A stretch of 64,000 bases of DNA from an uncultured Puniceicoccaceae bacterium (GTDB taxonomy: Bacteria > Verrucomicrobiota > Verrucomicrobiia > Opitutales > Oceanipulchritudinaceae). The stretch is from positions 5,758 through 69,757 of the forward strand of contig CAYFRH010000002.1 of the NCBI GenBank assembly GCA_964345345.1, in the 5' to 3' direction. Of this stretch, positions 28,068 through 38,430 are shown piece by piece; position 1 is the stretch's first letter; each line of letters starts with the position of its first letter. Both the position numbers and the translations under genes were made by a program. The notes below the pieces were generated by a model. The model was not told where the DNA came from. It saw nothing but the letters and a program-made list of their open reading frames with translations, and did no database searches.

Positions 28068-28552
28068 TTGGAGGAAAAAGTTGTTTTCAGGTTGTGGAGA
28101 ATACCAGGAACCGCTTCGGCGAGGCTGTCGCGGGTTTCCAGGTAGAGGCCGAGGGAAGCGCCAAAGGGGTCGGGCACTTCCGTGGAGGCACCTTCCGGAA
28201 CCCATTCCCGAAAAAGATGCATTGGGTGATTCCAGTCGGGATAAAGGAGCCGCACTGCTTCGAGGTGGCGACAAGTCATGACAAGGAGAAGGTCCGTGAT
28301 ATCCATGAGTTCCCCGGAAAGGGGCCGACTGCGGTGATCTGATAAGTCGAGCCCGACTTTTTGCAGCGCGATCACGGCATGACGGGAGGGAGGATCCCCG
28401 GGGAAGGCGGATACTCCAGCGGAGTAAACCTTGGTTTGCGAGAGTGGCTTTTCCTCCGCTTCGAGGGCATGACGAAGGAGTCGCTCGGCCATCGGGCTGC
28501 GGCAGATGTTGCCGGAGCATACGACGGTGATGACCTGCTGTTGATCTTCCAT
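28064..28552 (-). CDS. Low-molecular-weight protein phosphatase (C-X5-R)
   Basis: VVCSGNICRSPMAE, SAGV, HRSR, DLLLVM...H, EVPDPFG. Confidence 0.9.
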   Translation of the reverse strand: MEDQQQVITVVCSGNICRSPMAERLLRHALEAEEKPLSQTKVYSAGVSAFPGDPPSRHAVIALQKVGLDLSDHRSRPLSGELMDITDLLLVMTCRHLEAVRLLYPDWNHPMHLFREWVPEGASTEVPDPFGASLGLYLETRDSLAEAVPGILHNLKTTFSSK

Positions 28553-28611
28553 GAGCCAAAGGTTGAACGAAGGCGCGGTGGCGAGCCTTGTCAAGCGCCT
28601 GCCCGGCAGGC

Positions 28612-29154
28612 TCAGGAGGTCCCGCGCTCGTCCTCGTCCGCAAAGGACTCCTGGGCGGAGCTTTGGGACTCCGGGGTGCGCTCATGGTCTTCTTCGAAAG
28701 GATCTTCGTCCCGGGCGAGGTTGCCGGTGGGAATGGCGGCCATGGAGTCGCCGACGATGCGCGTCACCTTGATATGGATGGGATCGATTGGGGCCATTCC
28801 GAATTGTTCGGAGACAGTGGACCGAATCCGCTGCTTGATCTGGTTTTCGACCTCGCGAAGGGGGTGGCTGGCGCGCAGGTGCAAAGCCACCCGTACGCCG
28901 ATGCCGCGCCGGTGGCGGAAGTGGCGGCAGCTTGCCCGCTCGACACCTTCAACGCTGTTAACAGCGTTGCGCATGACGGTGCGCAGGGTCTTGGGGGCGA
29001 CCTCAATGGCCCCGTCCCGAGACTCGAAGGCGGGGATGCAACTCCGCCAGCGCCTTAAAAAGACAAGGACAAGAAGAAGAAGGAGAAGGAGGGCGGCGCC
29101 AACCGCTCCATAGAGGTAGGGAGGCGTGGTCAGGTAATGGAGGGAGGCGGGCAC
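28612..29154 (-). CDS. AmaP-like membrane-anchored Asp23-family protein
   Basis: N-terminal TM helix, then G.IEVAPKTLR.V...AV..VEGV and I.IKVTRI, matching the Asp23 fold pattern. Confidence 0.6.
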   Translation of the reverse strand: MPASLHYLTTPPYLYGAVGAALLLLLLLVLVFLRRWRSCIPAFESRDGAIEVAPKTLRTVMRNAVNSVEGVERASCRHFRHRRGIGVRVALHLRASHPLREVENQIKQRIRSTVSEQFGMAPIDPIHIKVTRIVGDSMAAIPTGNLARDEDPFEEDHERTPESQSSAQESFADEDERGTS

Positions 29155-29172
29155 GACAGGAAAGGAAAGGAG

Positions 29173-29592
29173 TTACTCGTTGGATGGCGGGGCCTCGCGG
29201 TGTACCCCGTCGACGATGACATCGACCCGGGCCACTTCCTTGTTGGTCATGTTTTCGACCTGTTCGCGAACGGCCACCTGGACGTTCTGGGCTACTTTGG
29301 CCAGCTGCACACCGAAGGTAAGAATCAACTTCACATTGACGCGATAGGCTCCTTCCCCGGTTTCGGAGATCGTCACGGCGGAGCCGCTTTCGCGGCGGGA
29401 GCCGAACAGCCCGGCGAGATCGTCCTTAATGCCGCCACTGGCAAGACCGGCCACGCCGGTTACTTCCCTTGCAGCCATGGCGACGATATTGGCGACGACT
29501 TCGTTGTTGATGCTGATACTGCCAAAGCCGGAGTCTTCGGCGAGGGTTTCGAGCTGATCGGACGGTTCCTGAGAATAAGGTTGTTCAGCCAT
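29173..29592 (-). CDS. Asp23/Gls24 (YqhY-like) protein
   Basis: GSISINNEVVANIVAMAAREVTGV, VAQNVQVAVREQVENMT...V.RVDVIVDGV. Confidence 0.9.
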   Translation of the reverse strand: MAEQPYSQEPSDQLETLAEDSGFGSISINNEVVANIVAMAAREVTGVAGLASGGIKDDLAGLFGSRRESGSAVTISETGEGAYRVNVKLILTFGVQLAKVAQNVQVAVREQVENMTNKEVARVDVIVDGVHREAPPSNE

Positions 29593-29616
29593 AGCGGAAG
29601 AGAAGTGAATTTTGTA

Positions 29617-30996
29617 TTACTGATGGGCGGGCGGTTCGAAAAGACTTTTTGGTGTCCGCTGGAGAAATTCTTCGATGAAGCGGGTGGTGAAGCGGCCCCG
29701 CACGAATTCGGGATCGTTGATGATGGAGCGGGTGAAGGAGATATTGGTAAAAATACCGCGGATGAGGTATTCGCGCAGGGCGCGGTCCATACGGGCGATG
29801 GCGATCTCCCTGTTCGTCCCCACGCTAATAACCTTCGCGATCATACTGTCGTAAAATTTGGGCACGGTGTACCCCCCATACACATGGCTGTCGACGCGGA
29901 TACCATGTCCGCCAGGAGGAAAGTAGAGGCTGATCTCCCCTGGCGAGGGAGCGAAATTCATGCCCGGATTTTCCGCGCAGACGCGGCATTCGATGGCGTG
30001 TTTGCGGATCTCCACCTCATCCTGTCTTAAGGAAAGGGGGGCGCCGTCGGCGATGCGGAATTGTTCCTTGATCAAGTCGATGCCGGTGACTTCCTCGGTG
30101 ACGGGATGCTCCACCTGAATCCGCGTGTTCATTTCGATGAAAAAGAAATTCCGGTGGCGATCGACGAGAAACTCAACCGTCCCGGCATTGCGGTACTGGC
30201 AGGCTTCGGCGGCCTTTATGGCGGCCCGACCCATTTCCTCGCGCAATTCCGGGGTCATGAAGGGCGAAGGCGATTCTTCGATGACCTTCTGGTGCCGGCG
30301 CTGGATAGAACAGTCGCGTTCGCCGAGATGGATGATTCTGCCTTCCTCGTCGGCGAGGACCTGGAATTCGATGTGTCGCGGTTCCTCGATAAATTTCTCG
30401 ATATAGACGCTGGCGTTGCCAAAGGCTTTCTCGGCCTCGGCGGCAGCGGCCGCGAATTCCTTTTGCAGGGACATCGGATTATGGGCTAAACGCATGCCGC
30501 GACCCCCGCCGCCGGCGACGGCTTTCACGATGACGGGAAAACCGATTTCCTCGGCGATCCGATTGGCTTCCTGCGGATCGGCGACTGCTCCCTTGCTCCC
30601 CGGAACGGTGGGAACGCCCACCGCGCGCACCGTCTCGCGGGCGGTGGCTTTATCGCCCATACGCCGGATGCTTTCGGAGCGCGGGCCGATAAACTTGATC
30701 CGGCATTCCTCGCATTGCTCGGCGAAGGCAGGATCCTCGGAAAGAAATCCATAGCCCGGGTGGATGGCGTCCACATCCGCGATCTCCGCTGCGGCGATAA
30801 TGCGCTCGGCGCGGAGGTAGGATTCCGAACTGGGCGCCGGGCCGATGCAGATGGCGGCATCGGCAAGCTGGACATGGAGCGACTGTTCATCGGCTTCGGA
30901 GTAGACGGCAATGGTTTCGATGCCGAGTTCCCGGCAGGCGCGGATGATGCGCAGGGCAATTTCGCCTCGGTTGGCGATCAGGATCTTTTTAAACAT
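29617..30996 (-). CDS. accC: Acetyl-CoA carboxylase biotin carboxylase subunit
   Basis: [70 protein letters not shown]. Confidence 0.97.
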   Translation of the reverse strand: MFKKILIANRGEIALRIIRACRELGIETIAVYSEADEQSLHVQLADAAICIGPAPSSESYLRAERIIAAAEIADVDAIHPGYGFLSEDPAFAEQCEECRIKFIGPRSESIRRMGDKATARETVRAVGVPTVPGSKGAVADPQEANRIAEEIGFPVIVKAVAGGGGRGMRLAHNPMSLQKEFAAAAAEAEKAFGNASVYIEKFIEEPRHIEFQVLADEEGRIIHLGERDCSIQRRHQKVIEESPSPFMTPELREEMGRAAIKAAEACQYRNAGTVEFLVDRHRNFFFIEMNTRIQVEHPVTEEVTGIDLIKEQFRIADGAPLSLRQDEVEIRKHAIECRVCAENPGMNFAPSPGEISLYFPPGGHGIRVDSHVYGGYTVPKFYDSMIAKVISVGTNREIAIARMDRALREYLIRGIFTNISFTRSIINDPEFVRGRFTTRFIEEFLQRTPKSLFEPPAHQ

Positions 30997-31013
30997 GCTA
31001 AAATCCGCGGAAC

Positions 31014-31448
31014 TTAGCGGAGGCGGAAGAGCGGCTGGCCGTACTCGACGTTATCGCCGTTTTGGGCTAGAATCTCGGTTATCGTCCCTTTCTGTTCGGC
31101 CTTAATCTCGTTCATTACTTTCATTGCTTCGAGGATACAGACGACGGTGTCTTCGGTGACCACGTCGCCCATCTTCACAAACGGGGGACTTTCCGGGGAG
31201 GGCGCAGCGTAAAAGGTCCCCACCATGGGGGACGTGACGAGCGTGCCCTCGTCGGCAGGCCCGGTTTCAACGGGGGGGCTGGTTTCGGTCGCGGGAACGG
31301 CTGGGGGGGGAGCGGGGTCAACTGCCGTGGGCGGCGCAGTGGGCTGGCGGTGCAGGGATAGCTTGAGGTCCCCCTCCTCAAGATGGAACTCCGTCAATTC
31401 CGCGCGTTTCATGATGTCCGCGATTTGCCTGATCTTCTTAATATCCAA
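31014..31448 (-). CDS. accB: Acetyl-CoA carboxylase biotin carboxyl carrier protein
   Basis: [27 protein letters not shown] (biotinyl Lys), VEYGQPLF. Confidence 0.96.
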   Translation of the reverse strand: MDIKKIRQIADIMKRAELTEFHLEEGDLKLSLHRQPTAPPTAVDPAPPPAVPATETSPPVETGPADEGTLVTSPMVGTFYAAPSPESPPFVKMGDVVTEDTVVCILEAMKVMNEIKAEQKGTITEILAQNGDNVEYGQPLFRLR

Positions 31449-31544
31449 AACGTTTTTCCTCCTTTATTTCCATGAATTTGAAGAATTGTGGAGAGAGAGC
31501 GAGCTGGTCGGCAATGGAAAAGCGAGGCGGTCCGTCATGCTCCT

Positions 31545-34295
31545 TCAAGGCTGGAAAATGCGACTCCGCAGCCATTGCAGGGGTTCCAGCTGCAGGCTCC
31601 ACCTGGGGTCGCGGAGCGGACCGGTGACTTCAAAGGCGATGCGGTTACTGACGGGGGCGAGGAGGCGCTGTACCAAGCCTTCGAAAAGAAGGGCCGAACC
31701 GGACAGGGCGAGGGTGCGCGAGGCAAGGTCGGCATCGCCGTCGATGCGAAGGTGTAGAACGGGGCCGCTGATGACAAAGTGGTCGAAATGAAGGAATGGG
31801 TCCTGCCAGCGCCAATCGACGGAGGCGGTCTCGAGGTCGAGGCTGCTGAAACCGAGACCGAGATCCTGCAGCAAGGCGGAGAAGCCGCCGAAGAGATGGA
31901 CGCTGCCGAGGCGGGCCTCGCGGATGTGCAGCCAGCCTTGACCGCTCCCCACATCGCTGTCGGGTAGCTCAAGGCGAAAGCCGGTGTCGAGGCGTCCGCC
32001 GCTTCCTTCTTTTAGCAAGGAGTCTGCCGCGAGGTTCCAATCGGGAAAGAGATTGTCCAGTTGGTCGAGAGTGTCTCCGAGGTCGGCGTCCAGCAACTGC
32101 AGGTCCAACCGGCGCGGTCGCAAGGTTCCGGAATCCGCCTTTCGCGTGAAGGCGAGATCGCCCGTGAGAACGCCCTCGGAAAAGCGCGCGGAGAGGTTTT
32201 CAAAAAGAATTCGTGAGCCCTCGACGCGGGCCTTGAAGGTGGTATGAGAGAAGGAAAGGTCGGCAATTTGAAAGGAACCGCGGGGCGCGTCGACTCGGAG
32301 GCGCAGCTTTGGGCCGGGTTTTTCCTTCCGCTGCCCGTTTTTGGACGGATGCCACAACCAGCCTTCCATCTCCAGTAGCGGAGGCTGCGTAAAGCGGCAG
32401 ACGGAAAGGGCGGAAATCCCGCTGAGGCGGATGGCCCGCGGGAAAGCGACGTTGCTGCGGAGCCGGATCCGCATGGGTCGAAGTCGGTCGGACGGATTAT
32501 GGATGCGCCACGCCAGAGCACCGGTGATCTTGCCATCGGAAAATGTTGCTTCGAGGTAATGAAGGAAGGTCCAATTCTCGTTGCTGCGAATCTCGAGCTG
32601 CAAATCCGGAACGGGGACGTTGTTGTAGCGTGCTTCCTCCGCCTTGACATCGACGCTGGAACGGATGGATCGGGACTTGCGGGCATTTCCCCAGACCATG
32701 ACCCGGGCGTCCGCAGGGCGCGTCGGGCGGATGGAGGTAAAAATATCCTGCCACCACTTTCCGAGGATCGGGTCGAGGCTGGCTGGAAGAAGGCGGCCTT
32801 TCGCTTTCAGAACAAAGCGGGAATCCCGCAGGTTGTGCTGGTAGGAACCGGAGGCCGTTTCGCCGGAGGGACGGGACATCCGGACGGAGGGCAGGCGCAG
32901 GTTGTCAGTGGACAGGTCGAGGCGCGCTGTGAAATCGGTGCGGGCAAAAGAGGGGGAACGCAGGCCATCGATCCGGCAGCCTCCCTGAAGACGGGGGGCG
33001 GAAGGAAAGAAGGAGCCGGAAAAGGAGAGGCCATCGGCGGTGCCTTGATGGAGGAACTCCGGCAGGAAAGGAAGTCCGAGAAGGTAGCGGGGCCGGTCCC
33101 CGGATACCTCAAACCGCAGGGCCAGCTTTTGGGGAAGGAGGAAGTCGGTCAGGGGTCCACTCCCGTAAAGTGCCCTGGCGAGGTCTTCCAGGTCGGGTCG
33201 CCATGAGGTGGCAAGGAATAGGCCGTGTCCGCTTCCGCGGAGGCGAAGGAAAGGCGCTTTGTCGGCGAGGTTCCATTCCATCCCGACGGCAAGGGACCTC
33301 TCCTTTTCCTCTCCCGTCTCCGTGCCGACCCACTGCGAGTGAATCCGCTCCGGTCCCGAGACGTTCTCGGAAAGGGAAGTGGCCGGCCCTTCGCTGGAAA
33401 CCTGGAAACGGGCGGTGCGGGGAAGGGGAAGAAAGTTCGCCCACCCCGGCAAAGAGAGGGTCAAATCGGCCTCTCCCCGGGCCCGGAGATCGGTGAGGGT
33501 GATTTCTTCCTCCTTTATCCGGACGCGGCCCTGCAAATCCATCTCGCGCAGGCGGCCGCCGGGAACAGGAAGGGAACGCAGGAAGGAGCGGATGGCAAAG
33601 GATTGCCCGCCTTCCACGGGCGAATCCCATTTGACCCGGAGGAGGGCGGTATCCTCAAGGGGTAGTTGGTAAATTGATTGCCAGAAAGTCCCGACTATAC
33701 GGGGCAGGCTTTCGGAGAACGTCTCCGGACTTTCCCCGCGACTCTTTGGGAGTTTTCCTTCCCCGTCGAGAGAGAGGACCAGCTCGTCCACCTCCGCATA
33801 CAGGTTTTCCACGCGCAGTTTTCCGCCTCCGGAGAAACCGAGGCGGGCATGATGGAGGCGGAGCGGTTCCTCCGCGACTCCCGAGGGAGAGAGGGCGGGT
33901 GGGGGAAACAAGCGCCCGTCAAAGAAGGTAAGGGAACGCAGGGCCGGGCTTCCAGGGAGGAGAAACCGCGGCAGGGAAAAGTCGAGATGGAAGGCCGCCG
34001 CTTCGAAAACCGCATCGTCGCTTCCCCGCTGCTGGACTTTCAGATCCTTGAAGAGGAGACCGCCGCGGAGGTCGACCTGGGCGGCGGACCAGGAGAGCTG
34101 AAAATCCTCCGGGGCGACCTGCTGCACGGCGGCCCGCAGGACCTCCTCGGGAAGAGGAACGACGCGTTGCAACTGGTTGAGGACAGTCAATCCCACCTGC
34201 AGGCAGGCAAGGGCCGCGAGGAGCAGGTTCAGGCTTTGGCAGCCCCCGCGGGCACACTGCCGCAGCAATCCTGTCATGGAGCTGGTGAAGGACAT
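31545..34295 (-). CDS. Large AsmA-like (YhdP/TamB superfamily) envelope protein
   Basis: About 916 aa, one N-terminal hydrophobic anchor, beta-strand-rich alternating pattern, C-terminal ..ISGPVLHLRIDGDADL...L.....FEVTGPLRDPRW resembling AsmA-like C-termini. Start placed at ATG 34295 because the upstream part overlaps the DUF4340 gene. Confidence 0.6.
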   Translation of the reverse strand: MSFTSSMTGLLRQCARGGCQSLNLLLAALACLQVGLTVLNQLQRVVPLPEEVLRAAVQQVAPEDFQLSWSAAQVDLRGGLLFKDLKVQQRGSDDAVFEAAAFHLDFSLPRFLLPGSPALRSLTFFDGRLFPPPALSPSGVAEEPLRLHHARLGFSGGGKLRVENLYAEVDELVLSLDGEGKLPKSRGESPETFSESLPRIVGTFWQSIYQLPLEDTALLRVKWDSPVEGGQSFAIRSFLRSLPVPGGRLREMDLQGRVRIKEEEITLTDLRARGEADLTLSLPGWANFLPLPRTARFQVSSEGPATSLSENVSGPERIHSQWVGTETGEEKERSLAVGMEWNLADKAPFLRLRGSGHGLFLATSWRPDLEDLARALYGSGPLTDFLLPQKLALRFEVSGDRPRYLLGLPFLPEFLHQGTADGLSFSGSFFPSAPRLQGGCRIDGLRSPSFARTDFTARLDLSTDNLRLPSVRMSRPSGETASGSYQHNLRDSRFVLKAKGRLLPASLDPILGKWWQDIFTSIRPTRPADARVMVWGNARKSRSIRSSVDVKAEEARYNNVPVPDLQLEIRSNENWTFLHYLEATFSDGKITGALAWRIHNPSDRLRPMRIRLRSNVAFPRAIRLSGISALSVCRFTQPPLLEMEGWLWHPSKNGQRKEKPGPKLRLRVDAPRGSFQIADLSFSHTTFKARVEGSRILFENLSARFSEGVLTGDLAFTRKADSGTLRPRRLDLQLLDADLGDTLDQLDNLFPDWNLAADSLLKEGSGGRLDTGFRLELPDSDVGSGQGWLHIREARLGSVHLFGGFSALLQDLGLGFSSLDLETASVDWRWQDPFLHFDHFVISGPVLHLRIDGDADLASRTLALSGSALLFEGLVQRLLAPVSNRIAFEVTGPLRDPRWSLQLEPLQWLRSRIFQP

Positions 34296-34305
34296 TGCGG
34301 GCTTC

Positions 34306-36168
34306 TCAGCCGTTCTCGACCGGTGCCTCGGGCTCCCCGGTCTCCGGTGCTTCGGGCTCCCCGGTCTCCGGCGGGGAGGGCGGTTCCTTCGGAAACGCGG
34401 CCAACACGGGGGAAAGGGCGCGGAAGATGGCCGGGGGAAGCAAGCCGACCTCGCCGGTGCCGGGATCGGCAATGTACTGCCGGCCACCGCCGACCGGTTC
34501 GGTCAGAAGAAAGGAGACCGGTTCCGGCGCATCCTCCGCAGATCCATTGGCAAGGTGCAGAACGAGTCGATACTTCCATTCGAGTCGGCGGTCTTCGTCG
34601 AGTTGGAGCGGCTTGGAAAAGGAGAGCGGAACATGCCTTTCCACTGTCAGGTCCCGAGTCCATTCCCGGATTTTGCCGCGCAGGGAGTCCTCTTCCGAAG
34701 TTTTCTTGAGAAGGTCCAGACCGGCGGCCATGTGGATCATCTCGACCCTCTGGACGGATTTTCCGGAGGAAGGGGTCCAGAAGGTTCGGTCGCGATAATA
34801 ATACGGATCCAGCGGAAAGCTTGCCAAGACCTGCGGCCGGACCAGGAAGACCGAACCGGTGGTGTTGGTGGTCGCGTACAGAAGGGTCTCCTCCGGATGA
34901 ACTCCACCCACGAGAAGGGTGACATCTGCCTTTTCCGGCTGCCGAAGGAGAATGCGACGTTGCGGATCCTCGAGTCCGAAGCGGCGGAGATCGTCTTCGG
35001 AAGGGGCGTCGGTGACGAAGCGGGAGGCTTCCGCGCGTCCCAGCAAAGTGTTGATTTCCGCTACAATCTGCTCTTCCGCCGGCAATGTTCGCAGATTGCC
35101 CTCCTCCGTCGTGTACAAGACCTGCCAGTCGCCGCTCTCCAGTTTTTGCAAGGTGAGGGACCGCTCGTTCATCCGCACTTCAAGGCTGTTCCACTGGTCC
35201 TGCAGGGAGAGAAGGAACCTCTTTTCGCGCAATTCCTCCTGTGCCCGCCGAAGCCTTTCGACAAGGGACTCCGGGATCGCGAAAGCGGCCGGGTAACTCT
35301 CCCGGGAGGCGAAAAAGCGTCCATCCTCCTCGTCGGTTCCGGAAAGGACCAAAGTTTCGCGCCGGTTCAACCCTTCAAGCGTGAGACGAAGAGTCCCTCC
35401 GGAGAAGCCGACGGGAAGCTCCTTCGGATCGAGCAACTCACCGGTTTCGAGGCTCTGCCACTGGTCGAGCAGGGTGCGCACGCGTTCGTCGTCTGCCTCC
35501 GTTTCCATCGGGGAGACAAATTTCCATCCCTCCTCATCCCGGACGAGGCGGATCCGCACGTTTCCCGTTACCTGATCCTGAATCTGGAGCGCTTTTGTCT
35601 CCTCGAAGGAGAGCGAAAAGACGCGCGGATCATAGAAGGCATTGGGGTCACGGCGCAGGGCATCGAGAAGATCCCGGGGGACCACCTGCACCTTGCTCTT
35701 ATCGTGCGAGAGGACATACAACCGGGCTCCAATCTCTGTGGGGTCCCCGAGGCGAAGAACCTTTTCCTCTCCTCCGCCGCGGAGGCGCAGGGTCAGGGCT
35801 GGGTCGCCCAATCCGTAAGCGGAAAGATCGCGGCCCGCTTCCTCGAGGGAGGCGACCGAAAAGCGGGATTCCCAGCGCAGGCGCTTGAGCTGGAAAAGCA
35901 ACTGCTCGACGGCATACCGGTTGGCGGGCCAGCGTAACGGCTCCACGACTTCCCAATCCGCTTCATTCCTGCGCAGCTCCCAATCATTCTTCAAGGCATT
36001 GCTCTCGACGGTGAAATGGTCGATGCGCGCGGAAAATGAAGGGGAAAGGACAAGGCGGGCTTCGTCCCCGAGCTGGTCGCGGGTGCTGCCGGCTTTGTTA
36101 AGGTAAAGAAGGTAGCCGAAAAGCGCCAGGTTCAGGGCGATAAGAAGGAAAGTGAGCTTGAAACGCAT
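34306..36168 (-). CDS. DUF4340 domain protein (three repeats)
   Basis: N-terminal TM/signal, repeated W...P....A....V..LL and YGL.DP / FGLEDP motifs. Confidence 0.75.
   Translation of the reverse strand: MRFKLTFLLIALNLALFGYLLYLNKAGSTRDQLGDEARLVLSPSFSARIDHFTVESNALKNDWELRRNEADWEVVEPLRWPANRYAVEQLLFQLKRLRWESRFSVASLEEAGRDLSAYGLGDPALTLRLRGGGEEKVLRLGDPTEIGARLYVLSHDKSKVQVVPRDLLDALRRDPNAFYDPRVFSLSFEETKALQIQDQVTGNVRIRLVRDEEGWKFVSPMETEADDERVRTLLDQWQSLETGELLDPKELPVGFSGGTLRLTLEGLNRRETLVLSGTDEEDGRFFASRESYPAAFAIPESLVERLRRAQEELREKRFLLSLQDQWNSLEVRMNERSLTLQKLESGDWQVLYTTEEGNLRTLPAEEQIVAEINTLLGRAEASRFVTDAPSEDDLRRFGLEDPQRRILLRQPEKADVTLLVGGVHPEETLLYATTNTTGSVFLVRPQVLASFPLDPYYYRDRTFWTPSSGKSVQRVEMIHMAAGLDLLKKTSEEDSLRGKIREWTRDLTVERHVPLSFSKPLQLDEDRRLEWKYRLVLHLANGSAEDAPEPVSFLLTEPVGGGRQYIADPGTGEVGLLPPAIFRALSPVLAAFPKEPPSPPETGEPEAPETGEPEAPVENG
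34321..34368. repeat. 24-bp tandem repeat encoding ETGEPEAP x2
   Basis: CGGTGC(C/T)TCGGGCTCCCCGGTCTC twice with one mismatch. Confidence 0.9.
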
Positions 36169-36177
36169 GAAAAAAGG

Positions 36178-37656
36178 TCAGGTCCGTCGAAGGAGAAAGA
36201 CGAAGAAACCGAGCAGGGCGACCGTGCCCGGCACAATGAGAAAAAGCAGGCCGATCCTTTCCAGCTCTCTGCGGCTGGCGGTAAGGCGGTAGGTTTCCAC
36301 CGGACGCGGGGGAATGGCGAGGGTGCGGTCCCGCTCGAGGAGCCAGTTCAGGCTGTTGAAAAACAGGGCCTTGTTTCCGAGCGAACTGACCTGTCGGTTC
36401 GAGAAGATGCGGGGGCTGCCAATGACGACGACCCGTCCGCCCGGAACCTTGATCCCGAGCCGGGTCGAGGCCCCCCTGGCGGCGGCGGCGGCAATGCTGA
36501 CGGGACCGGCGAGATCCACGTCCGGATCGAAGGCCGTTGCTGTTCCGGGGGTGTCCACAGGGGCACTCCAGCTTTCCCCCGATGTGGCAAACAGGGCACT
36601 GACGGAAAGCCGTTCATCGGGCGGCTGCGGTTCCACCGGAAGGACCGGCCGGGCCGCCTCCGCACGAAGAAAGGTTTGCTTTTCGATCAGTGGAGTCATG
36701 ACCGGATGCTCGGCGAAATTCCGGAAAAGAAGGCCGCCGCTGGACTCGCGGAAACGAGGATCGGGTTCGACGACGCGGTGATTTGGCAGGTACATGCCCC
36801 ATTCCGCAAAGAGAGAACGCATCCCTGTTTCCACTCCGGGGCGAAGCCAGAGCAGAAGTCGTCCTTCTCTCCGCAGGAGCCAGCGCCGCATCTTTTCCAC
36901 CTCCTCGATGGTGAGAGGGCCCTTCGGATCGGCAACGAGGAGGGCTGTGGCGTCTTCCGGAACTTCCGGAACCTTCGTCAGGTCGAGCTGGCGAAGAGTA
37001 TAGTTGCGTTCCCGGAGACGGCTTGTCAGCTCGGAAAGACCCTCCTGCGGATGGCTGTCGGAAGGATCCATTTCATCGTGGCCGCGCAGGAAATAGAGGG
37101 TCGAGGTCACTTCCTGGGTGACTTCCATGATAGCGGAGGTAAGGGCCGCTTCCCCTGTGTAGGCGACGGGCTCCATGTCCTCGAAGCGGATGAGATCGTC
37201 GCCTTCGAGCAGACGTCGGCGCTCCCCGGAGAGAATGAGAACGGAATTGACCTGCTCCAGCCCGTAACTGCGGGAGAGTTCATCGGCGCGTGCGAGGTCC
37301 TTGTAAATATCGACGGTTTCCACGCGCAAGCGCGCCTTCCCGCCGTCGCTGCGACTGTTGTACTGGTACTCGTCGAGGAGTTGTTCGACGTAGCGGAAGA
37401 GCAGGCGCTCCTCCTGCCGGGGAGAACGCGGGGGAATGGTGACGATAATCCGAACTTCCTGATCGAGGTCCCGCAGGTAGGCAAGGGTTTCCGGCGAGAG
37501 GCTGTAACGTCCGTCCTGGGTAAGGTCGTATCGTTGATAATGCTGGACGGACAGGAAGTTCAGCCCGCCAATAAAGAGCAGGATCAGGACAATCCGCAGC
37601 CAGCGGTGCAGCCGGAGCAGGCGGTTAGCGACTTGAAAGGATTCCCAGCGGGTCAT
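36178..37656 (-). CDS. GldG-family ABC transporter auxiliary protein
   Basis: RYDLTQDGRYSLSPET..YL..L...V.I, LYFLRGHDE, VPEDA..LLVADPK.PL, GRVVVIG....FSN......GN..LF.NSLNWL, C-terminal TM. Confidence 0.82.
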   Translation of the reverse strand: MTRWESFQVANRLLRLHRWLRIVLILLFIGGLNFLSVQHYQRYDLTQDGRYSLSPETLAYLRDLDQEVRIIVTIPPRSPRQEERLLFRYVEQLLDEYQYNSRSDGGKARLRVETVDIYKDLARADELSRSYGLEQVNSVLILSGERRRLLEGDDLIRFEDMEPVAYTGEAALTSAIMEVTQEVTSTLYFLRGHDEMDPSDSHPQEGLSELTSRLRERNYTLRQLDLTKVPEVPEDATALLVADPKGPLTIEEVEKMRRWLLRREGRLLLWLRPGVETGMRSLFAEWGMYLPNHRVVEPDPRFRESSGGLLFRNFAEHPVMTPLIEKQTFLRAEAARPVLPVEPQPPDERLSVSALFATSGESWSAPVDTPGTATAFDPDVDLAGPVSIAAAAARGASTRLGIKVPGGRVVVIGSPRIFSNRQVSSLGNKALFFNSLNWLLERDRTLAIPPRPVETYRLTASRRELERIGLLFLIVPGTVALLGFFVFLLRRT

Positions 37657-37665
37657 GCGGAGCGT

Positions 37666-38430
37666 TCAGCGTTTCGATTCCAGAACGAGGGTGGCGGTGC
37701 CGAGGACAGCCACGCTTCCGGAGAGGTAGTACGCAAAGGGCCGCGTATCGAGACGGCCTTCGCTGAAATCCTCGAAGTGGCCGAAAACCTGCACATAGGC
37801 GAGAAAATCCTGTGGCAGAAAGGGAAATTGCCCCGTATCCTGTTGCAGAAAGCGCAGGGCGGCAAAGCCCATAATGAGCATAAAGAGGATGCTGAAGGAA
37901 AGCATTCCGGCGACGAGCTGGCTGCGGGTCAGGCTACTACTGAAAATGCCCACGGCCACAAAAAGAGTCCCTGACAACGCCACGAAAATGTATCCGCCGA
38001 GAAGGGCACCGGCAGCGAAGAGCTTTTCCGTGAAGGCCGGCTGGTCGAGAACGGAGGCGGTCAGGAAAGGATAGGCAAGGGAGAGCAGCCAAACGAGGAG
38101 GTAAAAGACGTAGGCACCGAAAAATTTCGCCAGGACGACCTGGTAGGGATGAACGGGGGCAGTCAGCAGCGTCTCGATCGTCCCCAGGCGGCGTTCCTCC
38201 GCGAAGCTACGCATGGTCAGCATCGGCACAATGAGGAGGACGGGAACCCAGAAGAGGCTGAAGAAAAGGGTTGCCGGCATTTGTTCCTGAGCCTCCGCGC
38301 TCACGGTCAGGAGGGTGAGGAAGAAGAAAAACCCCAGCAGGAGGAGGGCGAGGACCATGGCGAGGTAGGTGCTGGGGGAATGGAAAAGGTTTTTCAATTC
38401 CTGCCGGGTCAACTGGTAAATTCCCCTCAT
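37666..38430 (-). CDS. ABC-2 type permease (GldF-like)
   Basis: QELKNLFHSPSTY, PMLTMRSFAEERRLGTIETLLTAPV...VVLAKF, six TM segments, G.LDTR...YY. Confidence 0.9.
   Translation of the reverse strand: MRGIYQLTRQELKNLFHSPSTYLAMVLALLLLGFFFFLTLLTVSAEAQEQMPATLFFSLFWVPVLLIVPMLTMRSFAEERRLGTIETLLTAPVHPYQVVLAKFFGAYVFYLLVWLLSLAYPFLTASVLDQPAFTEKLFAAGALLGGYIFVALSGTLFVAVGIFSSSLTRSQLVAGMLSFSILFMLIMGFAALRFLQQDTGQFPFLPQDFLAYVQVFGHFEDFSEGRLDTRPFAYYLSGSVAVLGTATLVLESKR

Noticed and set aside
34321-34368. 24-bp tandem repeat as a contingency or mobile feature
   Set aside because: It is in-frame, has two copies, and encodes an acidic disordered C-terminal tail. This is ordinary slippage.
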